Shown piece after piece: positions 14,824-26,876 of a DNA stretch of 64,000 nt. The number at the start of each line of letters is the position of its first letter. The stretch's first letter is position 1. The DNA comes from Lingula anatina (Eukaryota > Animalia > Brachiopoda), in the NCBI GenBank assembly GCA_051362555.1, contig CM120641.1, forward strand, positions 45,328,401-45,392,400. The letters are read 5' to 3'. The notes under the pieces are model-generated. The model was not told the DNA's origin. It made no database searches and saw only the letters and a list, made by a program, of their open reading frames with translations. The position numbers and the translations under genes are program-made.

Positions 14824-15897
14824 ATTAACACTGCCGGAGTTTTCGTATGTAGAAATAAATTATACAGAGGTCTATATCCTCATTCAGCTATGAAAAGCGT
14901 ATTTTTGTAGACAATAAAGCGAGTCCCATAATATATTGGTAATTTTAATACGACTCGTGTAAACGACTCGGTACTTAGTTCTGAAATAATCTAAAGTCTC
15001 GAAACTCTAAACTATTCACGGATCAAACATGTTGTTTCATAATTTCTCTCTTTCCCATTTTCTTAAGTTCTCGTAGTGTTTTGTATAAATTAATTTGTTG
15101 GTACTAAAACTGGGTATACATGAAATAAGGTTTGAAAGCATGATCTAAATCCAATATATATGGTTCTGATTTCCTTAACTAAGCGCCACCTTTACCTTTT
15201 AGTTTTGTTGATATTAAGACTATCAACGAAGTCTTTAAAAAAAACTTAAAAGTAAAGGAAGAAGGCAACGTCGACGGTGAAAGTGGCGCAACTAACACAA
15301 TCGACACTTTCAGCGAAGGATTTTTTTGTCACCCAAAGAGCAATATACTAGGCTGTAGACTGCATATTAATCAACCCAAAAGCTTTATCATTATATAAAT
15401 GATTATTTTCATTTTGATTGTCATGTGACCTGACTTTATGTGCAATTGAACATGTGCAATTTTTAAATTGTTAAAACTACTGTAGTCAGCAACTGTGATT
15501 CATATGTGAGTTCTTAAAAGTTTGTAGGCCTACTTGGAAAAAGTTTATAAAAACTCATGCCTTAACCATATATGTAAGGAGAAAAGACAGACTTAGATAT
15601 GTATCCTTAGAGGTGACACGTATATAGGTCAAAAGTGTTTTGTTTTCTTGGTTAATTAACTTGATCACTGTTCACTTCACCAATTATCAGTTCAAAGTCA
15701 CTGCTCATTCAAACTGTTAAATAATATTCATGTTGTCCTCTATATGCCATTGCGGCATGTCTTGTAGTGAGTTTTTCTTCACTATCTGACAAATTTGATA
15801 AAGTTCTTAAACGAAAAAAACCTAAATGGTTCATAATAAATCTCAGATAGATACATCAAAGAACTCGTGAAGTTTAATTTTGTAGGTTACATTGTGT

Positions 15898-16863
15898 CTA
15901 TACCTTGACGGCTTGGTGCCTGTTTTCGTTGTAAAGACGCAGAATAAATTTCCCTGTCACAGTGTTTCTTCTTCTTTGAACCTCTTCCCAGTATTTCAGT
16001 GGCAAAACGTTTTTATCAAATGGCAAGAACCATCTGTCCATTTCTGGGGGGAGCACTAGAGGATACGACAGAGCTGCGAAACCGATGTCGGCCGCAGAAA
16101 TCTCTGTCGTGTTAAAGAGATACTTTCTTCCATCTTGGAGCTTCTTTTCAACTTCTCCCCAAATTTCATCTATCCCCTTTAAATTTTTGTCCAACGTGCT
16201 TTCATCATTCAATTTGAAATAGTTTTTTAACATTCTCTGAGATGAAGGCCAAATAGGCGGCATGCAAGCGGCTTGCCAGGCAGGGACATTTTTTTGTAAT
16301 AATTGTAATAGACATTGTTTTCCAATGCTGTCATTTAACAAATGGTAATACGTCACATTGGCAATGTTACGTCCATACGAAGACGACCCAGTGCTCAGTT
16401 TCCGATCGAACTCCTCTATTTCTTGACAAGGAATCAGCCAATTGTTTCCATCCCGTCTTCCAACGATGTCGGCGAGGTATCGTAGGCAATCGCTTGATTC
16501 GGTTAAAACGGTCTTCTCGGCCGTGACAAGCGTGGGTACCGTTCCTTGTCCTTTTCCTCCGCTGTGATACAAAGCCAAATTGTGAAACAGAGTAGCGCAG
16601 CTGATTTCCTCTAAGGGTTCATTGGCTACTTCGTATGCCCATCGTACTTTTTCACAAAAATGTGAATACGGTATGGTTATCACCACGTGTCCCCTGTCCA
16701 CATCACCGTGGATTGTTTTCAGCCATCTTGACAGGGTCTTGCCGACATTGGGAAATAAATCGTACAGGAATGCCACAAATGTAACGAACGTTCTCCACAG
16801 TATTATCCCAGCGATGATAAGTGGCGTCATCGCAACATCCATCAGTGCGCTATAAACAGACAT
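15898..16863 (-). CDS. Intronless glutathione S-transferase-like protein (GST_N/GST_C fold) with N-terminal hydrophobic segment, copy A (~321 aa)
   Basis: Uninterrupted ORF from ATG 16863. GST motifs: ITIPYSHFCEKVRWA (beta1-alpha1), GTVPTL (cis-Pro loop), LTESSD, and the C-domain N-capping box EISAADIGF. Colinear with the paralogue at 19453-20424. Confidence 0.85.
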   Translation of the reverse strand: MSVYSALMDVAMTPLIIAGIILWRTFVTFVAFLYDLFPNVGKTLSRWLKTIHGDVDRGHVVITIPYSHFCEKVRWAYEVANEPLEEISCATLFHNLALYHSGGKGQGTVPTLVTAEKTVLTESSDCLRYLADIVGRRDGNNWLIPCQEIEEFDRKLSTGSSSYGRNIANVTYYHLLNDSIGKQCLLQLLQKNVPAWQAACMPPIWPSSQRMLKNYFKLNDESTLDKNLKGIDEIWGEVEKKLQDGRKYLFNTTEISAADIGFAALSYPLVLPPEMDRWFLPFDKNVLPLKYWEEVQRRRNTVTGKFILRLYNENRHQAVKV

Positions 16864-17641
16864 CTTCAATAAATAGTGGACAGGCCAAACTGGTGTCAGC
16901 TTCGCGTGAATAGATCCGGGAGAAGCCACTGTTTTGGTGACCCAAATAGCCTCACAACAACGTAAAGATAACAAGTGGCGAAACAGATATAGCTGGCTCC
17001 CATTAAGAGATATGCCTCTATAGCCCTGAAGGTGCCCTCTCAAGACACATCCGCGAGCGTCTGAACCACCAGTACAGTAAACATTGTTTTGAGATACCTC
17101 GTCAGTTTTGGGGCTTCTGAGCAAAGTCAGTCGCCTCTAATATTAATAATCACAAAATATCAACAGTCCGTCAACTTCACTGTAAAACCGAACTAATTGT
17201 CAACTTTGTTTGCCATTTTTCACAATCCTAAAAGCTAAAAATTCTCGTTTCAGTGAAACAGCAGAGGGCTACACATATTTTTTATATCTCTAAGACACAG
17301 ATAATCAACTGTCAACTTTATTTAAATAACTCAAACCGACAAACTGTTAACAAAAGTTGTGATCGATGCGTTTATTATTATTATTTTTTAAACACATTCT
17401 ATTCCTGATGCCATCTTTTCTTTGATCTAGATTATTTGTTGACGGAAAGTGCATGCACACTGAGCCGCCTGTGTCTATAGATGAATATGTAGTCACATGA
17501 ACTGAAATAGAAATATAACGATTTACAAAAGCGAAAATTTACCTTCAAGTATTAAGAAAAACATATTAAAAAAAAAAAAAAAAAAACTCCCGCACAAAGT
17601 CGACTTGATTATACGTATGTTTACTAGGCCAGGTGTACTAA

Positions 17642-17880
17642 GTCAAGAAAAGGTATTTTGAGGCGCTCTGCAAACGCACTCAAACGGAACGCTTTCAAGC
17701 CCTTAGGAGCCACAACGTCGAGGCCATGTGGGTGCGCTAATTGCGTGACTATTATAAAACCTGACCGCCGATATATCCCGATTTTCGATATTGGAGACGT
17801 TAAACGTACTCTTACAAGTCTTCTGGTGGCTTTTTAGCCTATAGTTGCCGTGGCTTAGGTCGAGGGAAAAGAACCGTCAG
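17642..17880 (+). pseudogene. Decayed copy of the SDR last exon
   Basis: Aligns by eye with ~14548-14823 (e.g. GTGACTATTATAAAACCT, CGCTTTCAAGCC, TATATCCCG, GCCGTGGCTT) but carries indels and stops. Confidence 0.85.
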
Positions 17881-18860
17881 CATTATCGTGTGTAGAAATA
17901 AAGTAGACGTTTATTATCATCCAGCTATTAAAAACGCCATTTAATGTAGTCAAAAAAAGCTCGTAATATATTGGTATTTTAACATTTTAAACTCGAGAAT
18001 GCGCACGAAGATTTAAAATGGCAATGAGTTTCCTTCGAACCGAACGGACCAATAATTGTAATTATATTGTTAAGAATCTTTCTTTTTCATTTTATAAATA
18101 TAATTCTAATAGCATTTTGCCGGAAAGTTGGTATTCAAACTGGGTATAGAGGAAAAAAGGATTGAAAGCGCTAACAAAGCCCAATTATATTGTAGGCTTA
18201 TATGTTTCCTCAATTAATCGTCCCCTGTACCTTCAAGTCCAAAGAAACTTCAAAGAATACATTGTTGGCGATAGTGAAAGTAGTGCAACGAACCAAGAAG
18301 TCTTTATAACTTCTTGAACGAACGCAATCTACATTTTCGGCAAAAGATGTGTCGAACTACTCAAAATGGATATCATTATAACTGATTATTGTTATTATTA
18401 TCATCATACAATCCGACAATGCGTACAATTGAACTCACAAAATTATCAGACTTTCTTCATAAAAATGATGTGCAATATAACTAAAATAGTCAACAAAAAA
18501 GTCATATGGGGCTTCTAAAGGCCTTTATTACAAAACAGTCAAAAACCTGTATTAGAAAATAGTCAATTATCAAATGTTGGCTAATATTTGAAAGGTAAAA
18601 CTTATTTTTATAGTATTACCCCGGCGATGATAAAGGTATCTTCAGAGGTATCACGTACATAAAGTGTTCTGTTTCCAAGGATTACCATCCTGATTACTAA
18701 AAACTTTTCATTTCAGTGCAGTCGCCGTTCAGTCAAACTGTAAAATAATTTGAGTTGTCCTCTAATGTCGTTGCAACATCTATTGTAGTAAGAAATGAAT
18801 TCTCCTGGTCACTTTTAGTACAATTAATGAGTACATACAAAGAACACTTTAACTTAATTG
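17642..18860 (+). repeat. Degenerate segmental duplicate of ~14548-15880 (SDR 3' exon plus 3' flank)
   Basis: Colinear shared anchors: TAGAAATAAA, TAATATATTGGTA, AAACTGGGTATA, GTGAAAGT, GTATC..AGAGGT..CACGTA, TCAAACTGT.AAATAAT, GTTGTCCTCTA, TTGTAGT, AAAGAAC. Confidence 0.8.
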
Positions 18861-19169
18861 AATAATAATAATAATATTATTATTACTATTATTATTATTA
18901 TTATTCAAAGAACATGAGGCATGGCTGGACATAGATCACCTGATCAAGTACCACAGTGGCTTGCTTATACAACCGTTGATAACAGGGGCAAAGGTTGGAG
19001 ATCAAGCTTGCCTACTGGACCTCAGATCACGCAACCGGGACCGGTTTCACCGAAGAACTGTAGTGTTAAGTTGGTATTACCTTAAGGGCTGGAATTGTAG
19101 TCTACAGTAATTTGACACAAGATTAATAGGTATCAGTTCTCTAAAATGAGGACAGTAGATCTGTTTAAC

Positions 19170-19171
19170 AA

Positions 19172-19210
<39 letters not shown>
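19170..19210. repeat. (AAAT)n microsatellite
   Basis: Tetranucleotide run. Confidence 0.9.
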
Positions 19211-19452
19211 AACATAAATTAAGAAAATATAATAATGGCTGATATTCTAAACTGACGGTTATTTAAAGTTACCGGCTACTGCAAATATATTCTTGGTTGA
19301 AGAAGCCTGTCTTTAAGTTAGGACCAATTTTGTTCATAATTTCTTTAGTGAAATTTGGCCCTGACCTCAGATAACTGTTGTCCAATAAACGGGATGAGTC
19401 AAGACCAGTTCAATGCATTCGTCCCGAGTCGATCACACGAACAGGTACGGCC

Positions 19453-20424
19453 ATGGCAGCACGTCTGATGAATACCGTGGCGATCGCAACGGTAACGCCA
19501 TTAATTGTCATCTCTTTGATATTATGGCGACTTCATGTCAAGTTGGTGACAGTACTGTACAGCACATTTCCCAAATTCGGAAAGTTGTGTTCAGGGCGGA
19601 TAGGAACGATCTACGGAGACGCTAACAGAGGACATGTTATGATTACTTTGCCTTACTCTCATTTTTGTGAGAAAGTACGTTGGGCTTTCGAGATGTCATG
19701 CGAACCTCTGGAAGAAATTGGTTGTGCGCCGTTGTTCCATTTGCTCACGTTATATCACAATGGCGGAAAGGGGCGTGGTACGGTGCCCACTGTTATTTCA
19801 GCTGACAAGGTTGTAATGACTGAGTCCAGTGATTGCATACGCTATCTGGCCGACGTCAACTCTAAGCAACACAAGAAAGACTGGCTTCTTCCTTCTTCGG
19901 ACATTGAAGAGTTTGACAGAAAAATCAGCGCAGGGTCAAAGTCATACGGGCACCATGTGTTCCGCGCGGTGTATCATTATCTCTTTACTGATACGACAGG
20001 AATACAAAAGCTGAAGGAAGTATGGCAGAGTAACGTCCCGGCATGGCAGGCTGCCGTAGTCCCATTAATATGGCCAGTCTGTCATCGGATGATGGATAGC
20101 CAGATGAACGTACACGATGAAAAAACATTTAAAGAAAATATGGAATGTGTTGATCGGGTTTGGAAAGAAGTCGAAAATATGCTTGCAGATGGACGACAAT
20201 ATCTGTTTGACACGACGGAGATTTCTGCCGCCGACATCGGTTTCGCAGCTCTGTCGTATCCTCTAGTGCTCCCCCCAGAAATGGACAGATGGTTCTTGCC
20301 ATTTGATAAGAACGTTCTGCCACTGAAATATTGGGAGGAGGTTCAAAGAAGAAGAAACACTGTGGCAGGGAAATTTATACTGCGTCTTTATCGCGACCAT
20401 AGACACCAAGTAATAAGTCAATAG
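19453..20424 (+). CDS. Intronless glutathione S-transferase-like protein with N-terminal hydrophobic segment, copy B (~323 aa)
   Basis: ATG in strong Kozak context (GCCATGG). Motifs ITLPYSHFCEKVRWA, GTVPTV, TESSD, EISAADIGFAALSYPLVLPPE. Paralogue of 15898-16863. Confidence 0.85.
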   Translation: MAARLMNTVAIATVTPLIVISLILWRLHVKLVTVLYSTFPKFGKLCSGRIGTIYGDANRGHVMITLPYSHFCEKVRWAFEMSCEPLEEIGCAPLFHLLTLYHNGGKGRGTVPTVISADKVVMTESSDCIRYLADVNSKQHKKDWLLPSSDIEEFDRKISAGSKSYGHHVFRAVYHYLFTDTTGIQKLKEVWQSNVPAWQAAVVPLIWPVCHRMMDSQMNVHDEKTFKENMECVDRVWKEVENMLADGRQYLFDTTEISAADIGFAALSYPLVLPPEMDRWFLPFDKNVLPLKYWEEVQRRRNTVAGKFILRLYRDHRHQVISQ

Positions 20425-20609
20425 AATATAAAATGGAGCGTGTTAAAAAAAAGAACAAAAAATTGGCTTCGCTTAGACGGTTGAAATTGGATCCGCAGCA
20501 CCCCTTATTCCATTGCAACCATTGTTTCCATTACAACCAAGTTTTTATACACAATGAGATGTATACTATGTAAAAATACTCAGACTAAGGACGCGAATAA
20601 TTTGAATAA

Positions 20610-20939
20610 AGCCTAGGTCCCAACTACGTTTTGGACGCACGGTTTTTACTTTCCTTGCGTCCGGCTTGGACGTAGCTAGATCGCACGTAGCGGCTGTTGA
20701 TCATGTCGAAAAGTTTCTACGTGCTGTTTGCGTCCTCCAAAAGTCGCACGATAGACGTGCTCCTCACGCACGAACTCCCACGTTTTCCCCATTTTTGGGC
20801 CGTAGACCACACGTAGCAGCCCGTACGTTCGGTTGGGACCTAAGCTTTACTTGATTTTTTCCCTGCGATCTAGCTACGTCCTACCCGGACGCAAGGAACC
20901 TAAAAACCGTGCGTTCAAAACGTAGTTGGGACCTAGGCT
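20610..20939. mobile_element. MITE, probably PIF/Harbinger-related
   Basis: ~75-bp imperfect terminal inverted repeats starting AGCCTAGGTCCCAACTACGTTTTG. TAA direct repeats flank both ends (20607-20609, 20940-20942), matching the 3-bp TWA target duplication of PIF/Harbinger elements. Confidence 0.85.
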
Positions 20940-21624
20940 TAACGGATGAAACGAGTCAGGTGACATTTCACGGTTGGATATTGAAAATAGGAAGGCATCT
21001 ATTAAAATTTTCTATAGGTAACAAAAGTGGGTTCAAGTTCAAAGCTCCAGTGAAGGAGGAGGACAAAGTTGCTGCTACATGTACGACACTGAGATCATAT
21101 GCTCACAATATAGTTATTGAAAAAGGCTGGTGGGAGGAAGATACACTCTGCGCGTGCGGTGCGGTGCGGTGCAAACTTTTTGATACTAAGCGACATGTTT
21201 CACTTGTAAAGCACCTGGCAGTAAACTCTTGAAAGTTCCCAACGTGTCTTCTTTTTAAATTTTCGTGATCATGCTTAGGACTTACGGATTAATGTTGGGC
21301 GCCCTTCAACAAACATGTTTGTTTTTAGGCCTATTGTGACGACCAAACACTACCGGTCATCATAAAAGTTAATATCAATAGATATCTTAATAAACTGCAT
21401 CAATATTTAACTTTTGGACTTTTTTTTGCATATTTTTAATTACACCGCCGAAAGGCACCACTAGTGGTGTGGTTACGCAATGGCATCACCTGATCCATTG
21501 AGAAAAATATCTGACGCTGATGATTAAAAATATCGTTCGAGTGATACTTCGTAAAATTAACATAAAACAAAACATTAAGTTAAAATAAAACAAACCAATT
21601 TCAGTGAAGTTGCCAGTAATCTAC

Positions 21625-21914
21625 GGGGCCATTCACAGTAGATGATCCCAGTACTAACTGATCTGCCGACTAAATATGGCCGACTCCAGTTCAAAAGCGA
21701 TACCGCTAATTCCATGATGGTCTCCTCGCCTCCACACGCGTCGTCGCTTCAGGGGCCTAGCAATTTAACCCCGGAGCCGAAATTTAATCCGTTTAATGGC
21801 GCATGTAGAGGCGGGGAGACCATCAGGATTCAGCAGCATCGCTTTTGAAGTGTGATCGGCCATATTTAGTCGGCGGATCAGTTAGTACTCGGATCATCTA
21901 TTCTGAATGGCCCC
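21625..21914. mobile_element. Foldback-like MITE with long TIRs
   Basis: Termini GGGGCCATTCA...TGAATGGCCCC; ~110-bp imperfect inverted arms (GATGATCC, AGTACTAACTGATC, GCCGACTAAATATGGCCGA, TTCAAAAGCGAT, ATGGTCTCC); no coding capacity. Confidence 0.85.
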
Positions 21915-22842
21915 TATGGGTGTCAGCAATGTTCCCAGAGTAAGCGACTTTTTGTGGACGTAACACGTGGAGAAAGGCCACGGACAGCTATGGGGCAGAC
22001 GGCTCTCTGGTAGTGAAGTTTAAAATGGGAAATTTATTGACAGACGCAATCAAATACCATCTTTCTCACTTTACTTTACTCCTCGCCCATGAAATATTGT
22101 GATCTTTATCCATTTTTAGAGTTTGAAAGCAAGATATTTTTTCATTTAAAGAATAATAAAATAATAAGGTTTGAATTATCCTGTATAATTTATTAAATTC
22201 TTCTGTCATAATGTAAGCTACATGGAAATGCACCAAAAAACAAACCGCTTATTTCAGAGACAAAAAGGGTGGTCCCTAGGAAGTGCTACATTTTTTTGGT
22301 TAAATGCGTTCTTTGTCTTCTGATTACTTCTAAATAAACAAAGATTGATATCGTTATCCCTGAGGTCAGCCCTAATTAGATTTTGGTTTGAATCGATCAT
22401 GTAGAGATGGGCGTTTTTTACGGCACAGAACATTACTGTTAGAAAGGAAATAAAAGAGGGGGAGGGGATCAACCACAAAGACGGTTTATAATACTGAGAC
22501 TGAGACTAAGATGTGAAGACATATGCCAATCATAATAGCAAAATATAAATAAAATAAACTTAATAAATAACTAAATAAAAAGCAAACATAACATCATTAT
22601 AGCATATGAGCATAAAATCAGTTAGTCTTGGGTTTTATGATATCACATTTATATAAAAAAAATCACACATAGTCTACTATAATGATATATGTTTGTAAAT
22701 ATTCTGCAGGTAAACACTTGGTGTCCCAACTTATTATTTGATACAGAGTAAATAAAACCATCAAAATATTAAGAAATCCAAAATCTTTGAACTTTTAGGT
22801 ATGACATCAGCAGCAATTGTTCTAAAGGTAGATCATAATAAT

Positions 22843-24943
22843 TTAACTGTGCGTATGAACCAGTGTCTTTCCCTCCATAATCTCTTCCTTCAATTTACCA
22901 CCCTCATCTTTAGGTTTCTTGGTAATAAGCATCAGAGCCATTAGAAGAGGTATATGAATCAGGGTGAATCGAAATAACAACCGAGAGGACTTGCTGTCCC
23001 CTTCCTTATAAAACCTCCAACCTAAATAAGTCTGGAATAAGTTCAAAGGCGTTGCAGTCCATATGAAGGCCGTCGTGGTCACGTCCAGGGCGGGACCGAG
23101 GAGACAGAGGCCCGTGATGAACATGCAGTGTCTCAGGGCCACCTTCTTGCACAGGTCGGGGTTCACCACGGACATCATTCTGTACCCTGCCCGGGAGTAG
23201 TCAGCCCTGAGGTTCCAGCTGAGAGCATTGAAATGTGGAAACTGCCACGAGTACAAGATGGCCCCCAGCCAAAATGCACCTGAAATATTATTATTATTAT
23301 TATTTCTTCATTGATACTTGCACAGTTGGTGCAATGGCTATGATCTAACAGTTTAATACATGATATACTGATGAATGCACAATATTTTGAAATGAATATT
23401 TTTACACTTTTAGATATGTGAATTATGTAACAGTAGAAGCTCACGTATAAACACAGGCTTGTCCGGAACCGCGCAAATTTAGATACAAACGTAATTTAGA
23501 ACTGATGGATTACATGCTCTGATTACATGAGGTTCAGCGATGGTGTAAGTCAAGTAATAAAATCAATCAAATATATTTATCAACTGCTCTGAAATTATAG
23601 CTTTATAGTGGATAAATATAACATCTCAACTGGATGTCTAACAATCTCCAAATGCTTATCAAAAACACCCACTCACCAATATCAAGAGACCCAGTAGCTG
23701 CCGTCCACCCCATCATAGGGGGAATAGAGCCCACAAAAGCCCCCACCCATGTGTTTGCCACACTCAGTCTCTTCATTGGGGTGTAGACAAGTGCATAAAG
23801 ACCCAGGTTGAAGCTCCCCAGGGCTGCAGTGAGGGGGTTCACACCCACGTATAGTATGCTCAGCCCTGTGCTCCCTGCCAGTGCAGCAAATGTCACAGCA
23901 TGCAAGTTGCTGAAAGGCAAGGAGTTTTTTTTTTTTGGAGAGAAATCCAAACAACAGGCTCTTGTTTCAACTTGAGGCTATAGTTTTAAGTGGTTGTAAA
24001 AATTTCAAGTTCATATCATGACTGTATTGGTTTGTTACCTATTACTTATTATTTATGTTTTTACTAAAAATGCATGATTGTTAACAAAATCATCAAAGTG
24101 AAATAAGTGAAAATACTACTCTTTCATAATATATTCTTCTGAGTGAAACATAAGAGCAACTCACCTCAGGTGACCTCTGACAAGAACTCTGTTTTTTGTT
24201 CTGTTCATCTGAGAATCATATGGTATCTCAAAAAACTGGAATGACAAAATATTTTATAAATTATGTGAAATATGTGTATTATAAAGAAAATAGAGAATTT
24301 TGAATCTTGGTTATGGCACATCAGCTAATTATTAAATGAACAAGCGTAGTTTTGTAGTAATGAGTACATATTTTCATGAAGGTTGCAGCTGTATTATTAA
24401 TAAATATGGCAAAACCACAACCTGCATATACATACTTTCACTTTTATTTATAAATTTGTTTTTTGAAATACATCAGTATTGTATCCCAGCTTTAAATCTA
24501 AATCTAGATCAAGACACCTGTTGGAAGTTGTTAATGTATTTTTCATTTGCTATAACAGAAACTTAGTAAAATTATATGACTGAATATTAATCTCTTATTC
24601 TATAATACACAAGTTTTGTATCCCAGCTACAATTTATACCTGATTCATGGCATTTGCTGCCCCTGACATAAGTCCAGTCCCAGCAGTGACCATAAACAGT
24701 GTCCCTGGATCAAAGGGTCCTGGGGCCAGAAAGTAGCCTCCTACTGTGGTTATGACTATGAGGGCTGTAATGGAAATCATATGAAATTCAATATGGGTAC
24801 ATTTATAAGCAGAAATGGTAAAGCTTTCAGACACCAGTCTGGGGTATAATGACCAATATAGTTGGCAGTGAAAATGGTGTGGCTGACAAATGGACAGAGA
24901 TTCTTTAACGGTGTAGACATAGTATAGTTAAATAAAAGGACAG

Positions 24944-25010
<67 letters not shown>

Positions 25011-26292
25011 GTCTTGACATCATGCCCCAAACTTCTACGGTAACTGTAAATGCAGGGGTAAAATTATTGAAAGAAATATTGAAACAAGAATATTAATCAA
25101 ATCAATATGGTTATTGAACCAAATTTGAGAAAAATGCAATATTACATAATGCATTTAACAGCAAGATCAGCATCATTTTTTCGTAATGTATGTGTTGCTA
25201 TGGAAATTCAGAAAATATAACTAGCACAGGGCTTCGGGCATGTGAAAATGCCTATTCGTGAAAAAATGAAAAATTCATAAAAAGGGACAAACAAATATGT
25301 GTCAGTTTATTATCATCACTATGCTTGCTTCATTGAGCTAAGAAGGTAATGATGCTTCAATACTCACTTGTAAGTCTAATCTTAGAGAGCTTTAAGTAGT
25401 ATCCCAACAATTGGTCTAGCTGTACTTTTTGCTCTTTCCACACCACTTCATCTGCAGATTCTATGGGCGGTGGTTCACTTTCTCTAAACATCACATCCTG
25501 CTCTACTATCCCAAACACATCAGCCAGGTCAAGGTTCATTAACTTTCCATCCTCTACTTTCGGTCTAAACAAAGTTATTTTGTCACCTTTTAATTTGTCC
25601 AAATCAAGTTCAACTATCTGTTTGGATTTTTTGATAAATAGGGATATCTTGTTGTCTCTAAGTAGTGTAGCATGAGGACCACTAAGCTCATCTGTTTTAT
25701 GGACATTAAGATTTGATACAGTTCTCCTGTATTTGGCACTTTGCTTTTTGGAGACATCATGCTTGGCAGACCTGATAGCCTTCCCCTCTAATTTAGTTTT
25801 AGTTGCTGTGGAAACCTGAAGAGAAAAATAACATTGTCTTCTAAAATGTTCCTTTTTGAAATTGATTACTCTTTAATTATTACAAAAGGAAAGGTAAAAA
25901 ATCCATAAGAAATAAAGGGGTAATATGAGTACTGTAGTGGTTGACTTATGCATGTACATGGGGTTCAGAAATGGCAATAAATAAATAAAATTAAATTTAA
26001 AAAAAATAATAATAAACCTCTTTGCTGGAGCCACCCATATCGTGCACAGTGAAATATATCTAAAATGCTTAATCCTTGAACAGAAATCCACAATATAAAC
26101 ACTCAAACATTAACTATCAGCCGCTTAAAAAGTAAATAAAAAAGTAATAAAAATTACCTTTCTGGAGGAAAGACTGGACTTGACGGTCAGGGGGTTTACT
26201 GAAGTTGCAGGTAAGCAGGAACATACACACAGCGGTCTCAAATTCTGCATGTAAATACTGCTTCCACATGATAAGAGCCGTATGTGATACAT
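22843..26292 (-). CDS. COX10: Protoheme IX farnesyltransferase (heme O synthase), mitochondrial, 6 exons
   Basis: Exons 26292-26158, 25815-25368, 24764-24640, 24235-24165, 23909-23677 and 23279-22843 join in frame. UbiA-family motifs [70 protein letters not shown]. Confidence 0.95.
24947..25006. repeat. (TA)n microsatellite
   Basis: ~30 TA units in a COX10 intron. Confidence 0.95.
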
Positions 26293-26876
26293 AACCCCTA
26301 GAGTCTTACGAGAATGAAATAATTATCACATTTTTCAATTTTTAGAAACAGTTACACAACCTCGGTCTTGCCTTGTCCTTACTTCGTTGTCAGTCACGCG
26401 CTCCCCGATATTCGGTGTTGTCAATGGAATTTGTATTCCTTGTTACCTTTTACAATAAAAAGCTGAAAAGTATATAAATATTTAACCCAGGACTGGTAAG
26501 TATAGTCCTAACGTTAATTCAGCACAGAGTATAAACGTGATTAAAAATCGGCAGCAATGCTGCTTATGCCAACCTCTAACCCTTGTGTAAACGAGTTTGT
26601 AAAAAGATAATACAAGAAAAGCCAAATACAAATTTAACCGCAGTATTTTACAAAACAAATTCCAAGAACAAAAGCACAGTGAATCACATAATATTTCATT
26701 TTATGAGAATTTATCAAAATAATTCAGAAAAATTCAAACAAGCAAGATAAAAATTCACTGAAATTTTGTTTGAATGGTTTATCTTGATTGACCTCGTAAA
26801 GTGCCTCTTTATCACAAATTGACACGACCTTGAAATGTGTAAATGTGACTAGCAGTGGGTCGACTGAGGACAGATT

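Noticed and set aside
16864-17124. 87-codon N-terminal extension of GST copy A in the ORF track (similarly 19378-19452 for copy B)
   Set aside because: Starts at a non-ATG codon and is not shared between the paralogues; homology begins at ATG 16863 / 19453.
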